Origin: an uncultured delta proteobacterium
Lineage (GTDB): Bacteria > Desulfobacterota > Binatia > Binatales > Binataceae
DNA: 64,000 nucleotides
Assembly (NCBI GenBank): GCA_963711565.1
Contig: CAVQEQ010000001.1
Span: forward strand, 992,001 to 1,056,000
Direction of reading: 5' to 3'
Of this stretch, positions 28,846-38,971 are shown piece by piece (the first letter of the stretch is position 1; each line of letters opens with the position of its first letter). The notes under the pieces are model-generated. The model did no database searches, was not told the origin of the DNA, and worked only from the letters and a program-made list of their open reading frames with translations. The position numbers and the translations under genes are program-made.

Positions 28846-29790
28846 TTAGCGCGCGAACGCTACCCTCAATGCGTCGGCCGCCTGGCGCTGGCCCTCTTTG
28901 CCCTTGTCCAGACCGTCGGCGAAGCTGACGAAGCCGTGCGTGACGCCTTCATACCGCGTGCAGGTGGTTTTCACGCCCGCCGCGATCAGCCGCCCGGCGT
29001 ATCGCTCGCCTTCGTCGCGCAGCGGGTCGTGGCTGGCGGTCAGCACCAGCGCCGCGGGCAGGCTCTTCAAGTCCTTCGCGCGCAACGGGCATGCGTACGG
29101 ATTATTTTTCTCGGCGATCGTATCGGTGTAATTTTTCCAGAACCATTCCATGTCCGCGCGCGACAGCACGTAGCCGTCGGCCGCGAATTCCTTCTGCGAA
29201 GGAGTGTCGAGCGCGCAGTCGGTGACCGGGTAGAGCAGCAGTTGGAAGTTGATCGCGGGACCGCCGCGATCGCGTGCCATTATCGAGACCGCCGCCGCCA
29301 GGTTTCCGCCCGCGCTGTCACCGCCGACCGCCAGCCGCGCGCCATCCGCGCCGAACGACGCCGCGTTTTCAGCCACCCACTTCGTCGCTGCGTAGCAATC
29401 CTCGGCGCCGGCCGGAAAAACATGCTCCGGCGCGAGCCGGTAATCGACCGACACAATGACGCATCCCGCCTGGTTGGCGAGCGCGCGGCATACTCGGTCG
29501 TGACTCTCCAGATCGCCCAGCACCCATCCGCCGCCGTGAAAATAAACCAGCGCGCCCATCGGCGCATTCCCCTCGGGCGTGTAGATGCGCGCCGCGACGT
29601 CACCTGCGGCGCCCGGGATGTGCCGATCCTCGACGCGATAGATCGCGGGCGGCGGAATCGGATTCGCCTCGAGCAACGCGCGCATCTTGGCGCGCGCCTG
29701 CTCCGCCGTTTCCGCGCGCAGAAACATCGGCCCGGCCGCGTTGAACACGTCGAGCATGATTTTCATCTGGGGATCGAGCGCTGTAGGCAT
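28846..29790 (-). CDS. Hormone-sensitive-lipase family alpha/beta hydrolase (esterase)
   Basis: YFHGGG, DYRLAPEH, GDSAGG, DPLRDEG, HGF. Confidence 0.93.
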   Translation of the reverse strand: MPTALDPQMKIMLDVFNAAGPMFLRAETAEQARAKMRALLEANPIPPPAIYRVEDRHIPGAAGDVAARIYTPEGNAPMGALVYFHGGGWVLGDLESHDRVCRALANQAGCVIVSVDYRLAPEHVFPAGAEDCYAATKWVAENAASFGADGARLAVGGDSAGGNLAAAVSIMARDRGGPAINFQLLLYPVTDCALDTPSQKEFAADGYVLSRADMEWFWKNYTDTIAEKNNPYACPLRAKDLKSLPAALVLTASHDPLRDEGERYAGRLIAAGVKTTCTRYEGVTHGFVSFADGLDKGKEGQRQAADALRVAFAR

Positions 29791-29825
29791 GCGAGATCAT
29801 TAGGCGAGGCAGTACCGAGAGGCAA

Positions 29826-29950
29826 GCGCCGGGATGCGCCCCTAATTCTCGAACTTGTGGAAGTCCGCGCGCCAATGCGCGCGGAACCAGGGCTCGCTGT
29901 CGCGCGTGCCGTATACGTCGGCGCTGACGATCATGTCGTCGCCGGCGATG
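29826..29950. repeat. 125-bp direct repeat, copy 1 (3' end of gene 30858-31595)
   Basis: Identical to 30842-30966 except one substitution (aaccagggct vs aaccacggct). Confidence 0.95.
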
Positions 29951-29951
29951 T

Positions 29952-30329
29952 GTGGCATCGACCTCCGGGACCAGCAGCTTGAGCCTGATCCACGACGGGT
30001 CGTCGGTCATCGGATCATTCGATAGCGTATCGGGAAACAGCTGGAGTTTCCTGCCGGGGGCGTTGGACGGATCGTTCACGTCGGGCGGGACCACCACCAC
30101 CTGGGTGCCGCTGATCGACGCCGCCGGATCTACGATCGCGCTGGCTAACGCTGCACAGCTTGACTCGCCTCCGGCGACTTTTTTCTCGTATGATCCATCC
30201 GGAGTGGCAACCGTGAGCGGCGCTGCGAATTCATTCCCGTTCCTGTATCAGGGCCTTGAGCATGAGGTCACCGACCCCGCCAGAAGTAGAGGATGGCTGC
30301 GGAGTATTGGAAAGCGGAGATGGCAATGA
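29952..30329 (+). pseudogene. RHS repeat-associated core remnant
   Basis: PLIDAAGSTIAL...FSYDPSG...FPFLYQGLEHEVTDP resembles the RHS core (D..GS..., YD.FG, F.YQG); N-terminus and toxin domain missing. Confidence 0.65.
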
Positions 30330-30837
30330 ATACGCCTATGGAAGGCCATGGCTGCGCATACTCTGGATGTTAACGTTTTTTGTTGGCTCAACTTTTGTGC
30401 AGCTGACCAATGGACACTGCGAGGGGCCAAGAGCCGAGCCGGTTTCTATCATTTCGCTTATAGCCCAGCCGCGGACCTACGATGGCAAGAACGTGGTCGT
30501 TACTGGATACCTCAGCTTTGGGTGGGAACGTTCTTTCCTGTTTCTGAGTCCATATGACGCACAGGTTTTCGATAGTAATGCCATCTTTCTCGACATCGGG
30601 AATGCCGCCTTAGGGCATCCTCGAGAGCACAGAGAGTCGGAGAACACACCGACGAAGCAGTGGGCGCTGCTGGACCACGAAACAGTCAACGTAAAGGGAA
30701 CGTTCTACTATCCCGAGAAAGGGGAAGGTGATTATTGGAGTGGCTATCCAAATGGAATCATAACGAACATCACTGGAATGCAACTCCACGAGATACATCC
30801 CAGCCTACCGTTGAGCGAAACGCCGAAGGAGAAGTAG
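30256..30837 (+). CDS. Lower-GC exported hypothetical protein, possible RHS immunity protein (start uncertain)
   Basis: Hydrophobic segment then VSIISLIAQPRTYDGKNVVVTGY; AT-richer than flanks; directly follows the RHS remnant. Confidence 0.55.
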   Translation: MSMRSPTPPEVEDGCGVLESGDGNEYAYGRPWLRILWMLTFFVGSTFVQLTNGHCEGPRAEPVSIISLIAQPRTYDGKNVVVTGYLSFGWERSFLFLSPYDAQVFDSNAIFLDIGNAALGHPREHRESENTPTKQWALLDHETVNVKGTFYYPEKGEGDYWSGYPNGIITNITGMQLHEIHPSLPLSETPKEK

Positions 30838-30841
30838 GACC

Positions 30842-30966
30842 GCGCCGGGATGCGCCCCTAATTCTCGAACTTGTGGAAGTCCGCGCGCCAATGCGCGCGG
30901 AACCACGGCTCGCTGTCGCGCGTGCCGTATACGTCGGCGCTGACGATCATGTCGTCGCCGGCGATG
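30842..30966. repeat. 125-bp direct repeat, copy 2
   Basis: Matches 29826-29950. Confidence 0.95.
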
Positions 30967-31595
30967 CGGCAATCGAGGTTGGTGTTTTCGTTAACCGCAA
31001 AGGTCGGCGAGAAGCCGTCGGCGCGGATTTTGTACTCGTCGAAGTCCAGCATCGATCGCATCAAGGCGTACGCGTGCCCGTCGGTCGAGATCGGCACCAC
31101 CTGCCCGCGCGGATTGATAATCTTCTCGTTCGGCTCGACGCCGGTTTGGGTGAACGTGAGCGTGAACGGTTGATCGCCGACGCGCTTGTAGCACAGCCGG
31201 TAGGTCTTCGGTGTCCAGAAACCGATTTTCGGCGCGCCGGGTTCGCGCCGGATCCAATCGAGTTGCGTCACCTGTCCGCTCCAGCATCCGCGGAACACCG
31301 AGGGCAGCGCGGGCGCGGCCTGCGCGGTCATCGGCGCGACGTTGATCGGCGGCGGCGAGGTTTGCGGCGGCGGCGGGTTCGAATACTGCGGCAGCAGTTG
31401 AATCGTGTCGCCGTTGTCGCCGCCAGCCAGCGCCAACCTGATTAGCGGTGGCGGAGCCGGGGACGGCGGAACGTACGGCTGATACTGATTCGACGGTCCG
31501 GGGACCTCGAGCGATGACTGCGCGCGGGCCGCTTGCATGCCAATCGGGACCACTCCGCAAATTAGCGCGCACAATATAAGGACGCGTGTGAGCAT
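30858..31595 (-). CDS. Secreted Pro-rich hypothetical protein
   Basis: Signal peptide ending AARA; Pro-rich linker; beta-rich C-terminal domain. Confidence 0.7.
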   Translation of the reverse strand: MLTRVLILCALICGVVPIGMQAARAQSSLEVPGPSNQYQPYVPPSPAPPPLIRLALAGGDNGDTIQLLPQYSNPPPPQTSPPPINVAPMTAQAAPALPSVFRGCWSGQVTQLDWIRREPGAPKIGFWTPKTYRLCYKRVGDQPFTLTFTQTGVEPNEKIINPRGQVVPISTDGHAYALMRSMLDFDEYKIRADGFSPTFAVNENTNLDCRIAGDDMIVSADVYGTRDSEPWFRAHWRADFHKFEN

Positions 31596-31727
31596 CGAGC
31601 TGCCTGGTTCCACTGTACTATAGTACGACGCATTTCTGGTGCCGCTTCATCGTGCCGATTGCGCCATAGCTTGACCCCGAAGCGACAGCTACCATCGAAA
31701 AAAGCGCGCAGCAGCCTCGCGTAACAA

Positions 31728-32459
31728 TTGCCGATCAAGATGAGCGATCAAAATATAGATTTCGATGCGGCGTGGGCTGTCAGCCAGGCGCCTGCGACCG
31801 GTCGGCGCGCCCAGGCGCATCGATTAGCCAACGCGATGCGCCGCGTGATCGACCATCTGGTGCAGGTCGCCGCCCCCGAGGACGACTTGTCCGCCGCCGC
31901 CGACGCGTTGGAGCGCTACGCCAAACGCCTCTCGAAGTATCCAATCTCGCGCAGCTACGAAGGGTTTGCCGAGAGCGCCAACGCCGGCGATCCGCACGCG
32001 TTTTTCGATCACAGCCCGCTGATTGGAATCTCAAATCCGCTCGCCCCGCCGATTCGCCTCGCCGTGCTCGGCGACAAGGTCGAGGGACGCGTGACCTTCG
32101 GCGTCGCCTACGAGGGCCCTCCCGGACACGTGCACGGCGGCTTTCTCGCCGCCGCCTTCGACGAGGTGCTAGGCATGGCGCAATCGCTGACCGGCAACCC
32201 CGGCATGACGGGGACGCTGACGATTCGCTACCGCCGCCCGACGCCGCTGCTGACCGAGCTGGTTTTCGAGGCGCGCGTCGATCGCGTCGAAGGGCGCAAG
32301 ATTTTCACGCACGGAACGCTGTCGGCGAACGGCATGCTGACGGCGGAAGCCGAGGGACTCTTCATCGCAGTCGGCCAGGAGCGTTTTGCCGCGATGGCGG
32401 CGATGGTAACCGAGCGCGCGACTTCTGCGAACAAGAAGAAGTCGGCGAGAAAGGATTGA
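31728..32459 (+). CDS. PaaI-family thioesterase (hotdog fold)
   Basis: YEGPPGHVHGGFLAAAFDEVLG, TIRYRRPTPL. Confidence 0.88.
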   Translation: MPIKMSDQNIDFDAAWAVSQAPATGRRAQAHRLANAMRRVIDHLVQVAAPEDDLSAAADALERYAKRLSKYPISRSYEGFAESANAGDPHAFFDHSPLIGISNPLAPPIRLAVLGDKVEGRVTFGVAYEGPPGHVHGGFLAAAFDEVLGMAQSLTGNPGMTGTLTIRYRRPTPLLTELVFEARVDRVEGRKIFTHGTLSANGMLTAEAEGLFIAVGQERFAAMAAMVTERATSANKKKSARKD

Positions 32460-32469
32460 GTCGCCTTCA

Positions 32470-33276
32470 TTGAAATCGCGCCGCCCCAAATCACCATCGC
32501 GCGCCACCAAGCGGCTCATCGCGCGCGCCTACCCAATCTTCGAATACGATCCCGCGCCGACCGCGATCATCGAGCCGAGCCGCGTGTACAAGCCGATCGA
32601 TATTCCGAAACACTGCGTCCTCTGTTTCTTCCAGGACGTGATCGACGACCTGGTCCGCAATGGCGCCCGCCAGATTCACGTCGAGCATTGGGAGACTGGC
32701 AATCATCCGATTTACGAGCTCGACTTCAACGGCCGGCGGCTCGCCGTGCTTCATCCGCGAGTCGGCGCTCCGGTCTCGGCGGCGATGCTCGAGCTGGTGA
32801 TTGCGCTCGGCTCGCGCAAGTTCATCGCATGCGGCGGCGCCGGCGTGCTCGACTCAAAGATCGCTGTCGGCCATATCATCGTGCCGAGCGCCGCGGTTCG
32901 CGACGAGGGCACTTCGTACCACTACCTGCCGCCGTCGCGCGAAGTCGCGCCGCATCCGCGCGCCCTGGCGGCGATCGAAAAAACGCTGCGCCGAAACGGG
33001 ATGGAATACATCGTCGCGAAGACCTGGACCACTGACGGAATTCTCCGCGAGACGCGCGCCCGGATGCTCGCGCGCAGGCGCGAAGGATGCCTCACGGTCG
33101 AGATGGAAGCGGCGGCGTTCTTCGCGGTCGCGCAATTCCGAGGCGTCCAGTTCGGCCAGATTCTCTACGGCGGCGACGACCTCGCCGGCGACGACTGGGA
33201 CCCTCGCAACTGGAATCGCCATCAGATCCGCGAGCGCCTGTTCACGCTGGCCGCCGAAGCCTGCCTCAGCCTGTAA
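32470..33276 (+). CDS. Nucleoside phosphorylase family protein
   Basis: CGGAG, RDEGTSYHY, WTTD, VEMEAAA. Confidence 0.88.
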   Translation: MKSRRPKSPSRATKRLIARAYPIFEYDPAPTAIIEPSRVYKPIDIPKHCVLCFFQDVIDDLVRNGARQIHVEHWETGNHPIYELDFNGRRLAVLHPRVGAPVSAAMLELVIALGSRKFIACGGAGVLDSKIAVGHIIVPSAAVRDEGTSYHYLPPSREVAPHPRALAAIEKTLRRNGMEYIVAKTWTTDGILRETRARMLARRREGCLTVEMEAAAFFAVAQFRGVQFGQILYGGDDLAGDDWDPRNWNRHQIRERLFTLAAEACLSL

Positions 33277-34527
33277 CTATTGCGCCAGTATAATCCCGTA
33301 CGGCCCGCTGTTGGCATTGGCCGGGCTCTCGGTCGCAACCGGAGAATTGACCAGGCACGGAGCGCCTGTGTTCAAACACGTCGAAGTCAACGCGAATTGG
33401 CTTACCGTTCCAGCGTTTTGGTTGGTGACGTAAAGGAACGCGACCTGCGGATCGACCACCAACCCGGTCGGCGCATTCAGGCCCGTAGACGGGGTTTCGA
33501 CCGGCGTCAACGGAAAGCCCGGACTCGTAATCAGGAACGACCACAGGGTCGAGACGGCCTGATTCGCAGTGAAAACAAAATTGCCGACCGAGGTCACGGC
33601 GGCATATCCGATTCCGATCGGTTTGTTGCCCGTAGTCGTTGTCGGTACCGTCGAAAAGAATGCCAACGCACCCGAGGTTGTACTCAGTACCCCCAGCACT
33701 CCCGCGTTGAGATCGGTGACGTAGATAAAGCCGCCGCCCGGATCGACCGCAATGAAGCCCGGGCTGCCGCCCGATCCGCCGAGATCGGGAACTCCCGATC
33801 CTATCTGAGTGAGCGTACCGTCGGCGTTGATCGAGAAGGAAAAAACCAGTCCGGCTCCGTTGTCCGCGACGTAAACGTACGTGCCAGTTGGATCGACCGT
33901 GATTCCGAGTGGGCTCGTGAGTCCGCTCACCTTGGTGCTGATTTGCGTAAGCTGACCGGTGCTGCTGTTAATCGAATAGGCGGTAACGGTGCCCTTGATG
34001 GAGCCGGTCACCCACAGGAACGTCCCGGCGGGATTGATTGCAATCTCGTTGGGTCCAGACCCGCTGCCGTTGCTGACGGACGCCGGCGACAGCGGCGTCA
34101 GCACCCCGCTGGTCGGATTGATCGAGAACTGGTAGATATTGCCGTCGCTGTTGTTAGCGACGTAGAGGAAGCTGCCGCTGGGCGCCGCGACCAGCCCCAG
34201 CGGCCCCTTTTTCGCTCCTGCGGTGACCTGGGCACTATGTTTCAGCACCCCGGTCGTCACATTGCGCGTGAACGACGACACCTTGCCGTCGTTGAAGTTG
34301 GTTACGAACGCGAGCGCTCCGGTGCCGCTTGTCGCCGTGGCAGTCGGAGATCCGCTGCCGCCACTGCCTGATTGCGGAAGAAGTCCATTGTTCGAGCACG
34401 ACAACGTATTGAGCGTAGCCGCGATAATCACAAAAGCGGGAATCAGCCGGACGGTGTTTTTAAGAATTGTGGATCGCCGGGCCAACGCGGCTCGCACGGA
34501 TAGTCGGATACCTTCCTCTGTCGCCAT
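33277..34527 (-). CDS. Lactonase-family beta-propeller lipoprotein
   Basis: TLSC lipobox; repeated P.G.FLYV.N blades; start uncertain. Confidence 0.8.
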   Translation of the reverse strand: MATEEGIRLSVRAALARRSTILKNTVRLIPAFVIIAATLNTLSCSNNGLLPQSGSGGSGSPTATATSGTGALAFVTNFNDGKVSSFTRNVTTGVLKHSAQVTAGAKKGPLGLVAAPSGSFLYVANNSDGNIYQFSINPTSGVLTPLSPASVSNGSGSGPNEIAINPAGTFLWVTGSIKGTVTAYSINSSTGQLTQISTKVSGLTSPLGITVDPTGTYVYVADNGAGLVFSFSINADGTLTQIGSGVPDLGGSGGSPGFIAVDPGGGFIYVTDLNAGVLGVLSTTSGALAFFSTVPTTTTGNKPIGIGYAAVTSVGNFVFTANQAVSTLWSFLITSPGFPLTPVETPSTGLNAPTGLVVDPQVAFLYVTNQNAGTVSQFALTSTCLNTGAPCLVNSPVATESPANANSGPYGIILAQ

Positions 34528-34695
34528 TCGAGCCCCTTCCCGGCCGGTCCGGTTCGAAAATACGAATAATGTTCTGATTATCACAAAACTAGACGTAGAT
34601 GGCATCGAAAAGTTTCAAAAGTCTCGATGGCGGCGAGGAAAATCCGGAAGGAAGAGCCTTGACAACGCACCATCTTCAGACGGAAACCGACATTG

Positions 34696-35142
34696 ATGGC
34701 TATCGTTTTCCGACGCGCGACTGCTGCCGACGCGGCCGAAGTCGCGACGGTGTATATCGCCTCGCGCCGCGGCGCTGCCGCATATCTGCCGACCGTCGGC
34801 ACCGACGCGGAGATTCGCGCCTTCGTTGTCCATCAGATGGTGCCGGAGCGGGAGACCTGGGTCGCCGAGGACAGCGGCCGAATCGTCGCGGTGCTGGTGC
34901 TCCACGACGACAACGTCGATCAATTTTACGTTGCGCCCGGCGATCAGCGCCACGGCGTCGGCGACGCGATGCTCGCGCATGCCAAGCGTCTTCGCCCGGC
35001 CGGTCTTCACCTCTGGGCGTTTCAGCGCAACGCTCCCGCCCGCCGCTTTTATGAAGCGCGCGGCTTTATCGCAAAGAAATTTACCGACGGCGCAACCAAT
35101 ATGGAGCGCGAAGCCGACGTGCTCTACGAATGGACGCCGTGA
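34696..35142 (+). CDS. GNAT family N-acetyltransferase
   Basis: FYVAPGDQRHGVG; NAPARRFYEARGF. Confidence 0.88.
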   Translation: MAIVFRRATAADAAEVATVYIASRRGAAAYLPTVGTDAEIRAFVVHQMVPERETWVAEDSGRIVAVLVLHDDNVDQFYVAPGDQRHGVGDAMLAHAKRLRPAGLHLWAFQRNAPARRFYEARGFIAKKFTDGATNMEREADVLYEWTP

Positions 35143-35166
35143 AACTTTCGTCAAGGAGCTGATGCG

Positions 35167-36144
35167 ATGCCCAAACTCGATCTCGACAAAGTTCCGCGCT
35201 TCTCCGAACTTCCGATCAAACCTGACAAGCCCAAAGAATCGTCGTGGGGCGTGTTCGGCGACGACGACGAACTCGGATGCCTGAATTTCCTGACGCCGCA
35301 AGGTGTGATCGACGCGGCGCAACTGGTCCGCAAAGGCTCCGTCTTCCGACTCGATACGAAAATCAACTACGCGAATCCGCCGCTGTTCGCACGCCGTCCC
35401 GCCAAGCACAACATCATGAGCTTTGAGAGCTTCGGCCTGCTCGGTTTCGACGACTCGCTCGACAGCTACAACACGCAGGAGGGCAGCCAATGGGACGGCC
35501 TCGCCCACGTCGGCAGTCCGCGCTACAAGGCATTTTACAATGGCGTGAAGTCGAGCGAGATCAAGGACGGCCCGAGCGGCCGCCTCAGCATCCACAAATG
35601 GGCCAACAAGTTTGTCGGCCGCGCCGTGCTGCTCGACGTGTTCCGCTACATCATTTCGCACAAGCGCACGATCAATCCGCTCAAGTCTGAGAAGTACAGC
35701 CTCGACGATTTGAAGGAGACTGCCGTCGCGCAAAACGTCGAGCTGACGCCGGGCACGATCCTGTTGATTCGCACCGGATGGATGCAGGCCTATCTCGCCG
35801 CGTCAGTTGACGACAAAGCCGCGATGGCGCCGCTGGACGGCCTCAAAGCCTGCGGCATCGAGGACAGCCGCGCGATGGTCGAATGGTTCTGGGATCATCG
35901 GCTCGCCGCCGTCGGCACTGATTGTCCCGCCGTCGAGCCATGGCCGTGGGATTTCAAGAACGAAGGAGCGCTGCACTACCGCACGCTATGCCTGCTCGGC
36001 CTCCCGATCGGCGAGCAATTCAACCTCGAGGAACTCGCCGCGGACTGCGCCGCCGACAAGCGCTACGAATTCATGCTAGTCTCAGTCCCAATAAACCTGG
36101 AAGGCGGCATCGCCTCGCCTCCAAACGCCGTGGCGATCAAATAA
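35167..36144 (+). CDS. Cyclase / kynurenine-formamidase-like metal hydrolase
   Basis: WG..GDDDELG.LN.LT, SQWDGLAH, LLIRTGW, GGIASPPNA. Confidence 0.85.
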   Translation: MPKLDLDKVPRFSELPIKPDKPKESSWGVFGDDDELGCLNFLTPQGVIDAAQLVRKGSVFRLDTKINYANPPLFARRPAKHNIMSFESFGLLGFDDSLDSYNTQEGSQWDGLAHVGSPRYKAFYNGVKSSEIKDGPSGRLSIHKWANKFVGRAVLLDVFRYIISHKRTINPLKSEKYSLDDLKETAVAQNVELTPGTILLIRTGWMQAYLAASVDDKAAMAPLDGLKACGIEDSRAMVEWFWDHRLAAVGTDCPAVEPWPWDFKNEGALHYRTLCLLGLPIGEQFNLEELAADCAADKRYEFMLVSVPINLEGGIASPPNAVAIK

Positions 36145-36212
36145 GTAGGACGAAATTTATTTCGTCGATTCTGTTGACAGGACGACGGAATAAATTCCGC
36201 CCTACTCGGATC

Positions 36213-36830
36213 TCACCGCGCCGAGCGCGCAGTCTCCACGATCGCGACGCGCACCGCATTCTCCATCTGCGCCAACGCCATGCTGGGCTGACTACGATGC
36301 CGCCCCGCTTGCCGGGCCTCGTACGGCAGATGGATAAATCCCACCGGAACTCCGGGCTTGCGCCGCAGGTAGTGCAGCGCGGCATACATCAGCGCGTTGC
36401 ACGCGAACGCACCGGCCGTCAGCGACACGCTCGCGGGGATGTCCTTGCGATCGAGCTCGCGGATAATCGCGCGCAGCGGTAGTCGCGAGAAGTACGCGTC
36501 CGGCCCGCCGCGAACGACCGGCGTGAATCCCGGGTCGCCGCTTTTGCCGAGCGCGCCGCGTTCGTCGGCAAGATTGATCGCGATTCTCTCCAGCGAGATC
36601 GCCGGCCTGCCGCCCGCCTCGCCGAGTCCGATCACCGCGCGCGGCCGATAGCGCACGATTGCGCCCCTGATTCGCCGCGCCGCCCTGGCGCATCCAACCG
36701 GCACGCGCACCGACTTTATCTGCAACCCGCCAATCACGTCGCCGTCAAAGCCGCGCGCAACCTCCCACGACGGATTGATCCGCTCGCCGCGAAAAGGCTC
36801 AAACCCGGTAAGAATCAAAATCGGCGGCAT
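36213..36830 (-). CDS. pcp: Pyroglutamyl-peptidase I
   Basis: LTGFEPF..INPS, LERIAIN (Glu), AGAFACN (Cys), GFIHLP (His). Confidence 0.9.
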   Translation of the reverse strand: MPPILILTGFEPFRGERINPSWEVARGFDGDVIGGLQIKSVRVPVGCARAARRIRGAIVRYRPRAVIGLGEAGGRPAISLERIAINLADERGALGKSGDPGFTPVVRGGPDAYFSRLPLRAIIRELDRKDIPASVSLTAGAFACNALMYAALHYLRRKPGVPVGFIHLPYEARQAGRHRSQPSMALAQMENAVRVAIVETARSAR

Positions 36831-36845
36831 CGACCAACAATCCGG

Positions 36846-36881
36846 TTCCCCTTCCCGCGCGGGAAGGGGTTAGGGGTTAGG
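36846..36881. repeat. Solo CCCT-family palindromic repeat
   Basis: ttccccttcccgcgcgggaaggggttaggggttagg, related to the arms at 59122-59163. Confidence 0.65.
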
Positions 36882-36903
36882 TTCCGACGGCTGCAAGCAT
36901 CGC

Positions 36904-37722
36904 TCACTTCCGCCGCGGATGCTCTCTTGGCACATCGTCGCGATTGCCCCATTCCGCCCACGACCCGAGATAATTTCTCACCTTCGCATAGCCCGCGATT
37001 TTGAGCGCAAGGTACGCATGCGCAGCGCGATAGCCGCCCTGGCAGTACGGGATTATCTCGTTGGCGGGATCGAGGCCGATCGCTTCGAACTGCGCGCGCA
37101 GCTCAGCCGCGGGTTTCACGGTTCCATCTGCCGCAATCGCCAACGTCCAATCCTGATGGTACGAGCCGGGGATCGCGCCGCCATGTTTCGCGCGGACGCG
37201 CTCGCTGTAATATTCCGCATCGCTGCGCACGTCGAAGATTTGTACTTCGCGACGCCCTAGTTGCTCCAGCAGATGCGGATACGTCGCGAGAATCTCCACA
37301 CGCGCCTTGATCTGGAAATCCGTCGGCGCGAACTTCTCGACTTCCGTCGTCAACTTTTCACCACCGAGCGCCTTGAGACCGCCATCGAGCATTCGCGCCC
37401 TCGGATGCCCTGCGTATTCGAGCGCCCACTGCCCGCGCGCCGCGCGCATTCCGGATTCGTTCTCGTAAAACACCACGGTCTCGCGGCCGGTGATTCCGAG
37501 CGCCGAAAATATCCACTCGAGTTGCGCGCCGAACTCCGCGACGCCGCGCTCCGACGTATCCGTATGATGGAACGGGAACGGATCGAAATGCCGCGCGCCG
37601 CGGAGATGCCCGGCGTGGAATTCCTTGGCCGGCCGCGTGTCGACGAGGATTAAATCGCCGTCCCCGCGATGCTCCCGCAGCCACTTCGCATCGACAATCA
37701 ACTTTTCTTCTTCGTGATCCAA
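36904..37722 (-). CDS. Sulfurtransferase (tandem rhodanese)
   Basis: DTRP..FHAGHLRGA, LDGG, YCQGGYRA, YLGSWAEW; TTG start at 37722 after GGAGG. Confidence 0.9.
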   Translation of the reverse strand: MDHEEEKLIVDAKWLREHRGDGDLILVDTRPAKEFHAGHLRGARHFDPFPFHHTDTSERGVAEFGAQLEWIFSALGITGRETVVFYENESGMRAARGQWALEYAGHPRARMLDGGLKALGGEKLTTEVEKFAPTDFQIKARVEILATYPHLLEQLGRREVQIFDVRSDAEYYSERVRAKHGGAIPGSYHQDWTLAIAADGTVKPAAELRAQFEAIGLDPANEIIPYCQGGYRAAHAYLALKIAGYAKVRNYLGSWAEWGNRDDVPREHPRRK

Positions 37723-37733
37723 ATCGCCTCCGC

Positions 37734-38804
37734 CTACCTGTCGATTCCGACCGCTTCGCCAATAGAACGAAATCCATGGCGCCGGAGCAAGTTCGCCAGT
37801 CCCGCTTTGATCCTCTCCACCACGCCCGGGCCCTCGTAGATGAGCGCCGTGTAAAGCTCCACCAGCGACGCGCCCGCGCGAATGTGCAACCACGCATCCT
37901 CGGCCGTGGCGACGCCGCCGACGCCGACGATCGGAATCTTCCCGCGGGTGTGCGTATGAATATCGCGAATCAGCTCGCGCGCGCGAATCGTCAGCGGACG
38001 GCCGCTGAGTCCGCCCGGATGCGGTGACGAGACGCCCAGCGCCTCGCGCGCGACCGAAGTGTTGCACGCGACGATCCCGTCCACGCCCAAATCGAGCGCG
38101 GTCTCGCAAATCCGAAACAGCTCGCTGCGTTCGAGGTCGGGCGCGATTTTCACCAGCACCGGCCGTGGCGATTCGCCGGCCTCGCCGAGCATCGCCGCGA
38201 ACAGCTCGCTCATCTTCTCCGGCGATTGCCAGTTGCGCAGCCCGGGCGTATTCGGCGAGCTCACATTGATTACGATGAAATCGGCCAGCGGCCCGAGCCC
38301 TTCCATCAGGACGGTGTAATCGGCCGCAATCCCCTCGGGCGGCGTGTTGCTGTTCGGCCCGAAGTTGAGCCCCAGCCGAATCGAAATCCCGGCCTTGCGC
38401 ATCCGCTCGATTCGCGGCGCGATCGCTATCATCCCTTCGCTGGGAAATCCGAGCCGGTTGATCAGCGCGCGGCGTTCGGGAACCCGCCATACGCGCGGCG
38501 CATCGTTTCCCGCCTGCGGACGCGGCGTGATCGTTCCCAGCTCCGCGAAGCCGAAGCCGAGCGTCTCCCACCCGCGGATCGCGACGGCATCCTTGTCCAT
38601 CCCGGCCGCGAGTCCGATCGGATTCCGAAACTCTGTCCCCCACAACTTGATTCCGAGCTCGGGCCTTTCGCGCGCCGGCGAAAACGGCGGCATCATCGAA
38701 AGCATCCGCAGCGCTAGGCCATGCGCATATTCGGCGTCGAAGCGGAACAGGTATTGCTGGAGGAATTTCCGATAGACGGCGTCAAATGTGTTTACGGCGG
38801 GCAT
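37734..38804 (-). CDS. pyrD: Quinone-dependent dihydroorotate dehydrogenase
   Basis: NPIGLAAGMDK, INRLGF, NVSSPNTPGLR, VKIAPD, GGLSG. Confidence 0.95.
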   Translation of the reverse strand: MPAVNTFDAVYRKFLQQYLFRFDAEYAHGLALRMLSMMPPFSPARERPELGIKLWGTEFRNPIGLAAGMDKDAVAIRGWETLGFGFAELGTITPRPQAGNDAPRVWRVPERRALINRLGFPSEGMIAIAPRIERMRKAGISIRLGLNFGPNSNTPPEGIAADYTVLMEGLGPLADFIVINVSSPNTPGLRNWQSPEKMSELFAAMLGEAGESPRPVLVKIAPDLERSELFRICETALDLGVDGIVACNTSVAREALGVSSPHPGGLSGRPLTIRARELIRDIHTHTRGKIPIVGVGGVATAEDAWLHIRAGASLVELYTALIYEGPGVVERIKAGLANLLRRHGFRSIGEAVGIDR

Positions 38805-38971
38805 CGCGGCTCTGACAGCCAATCTTGCAATGCGGCGCGGCCAGCGCAATCCGGGCGCAGGTGTGGATTAAGAGCGAGCACCCCTGATGCGGTCGCACCG
38901 CGGCATGGAATAAGATTAGGGTTGCCGGCGGCGTCAGCCGCCAGGCCATTCGCGGGAGGCGTCAGGATCGC

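Noticed and set aside
33277-34527. Beta-propeller as the missing 6-phosphogluconolactonase (pgl)
   Set aside because: It has a lipoprotein signal and lies 10 kb from the zwf operon; the fold alone is insufficient evidence
36904-38643. Apparent 579-aa rhodanese with a long N-terminal extension
   Set aside because: The extension is an alternative frame of pyrD; a TTG start with SD exists at 37722
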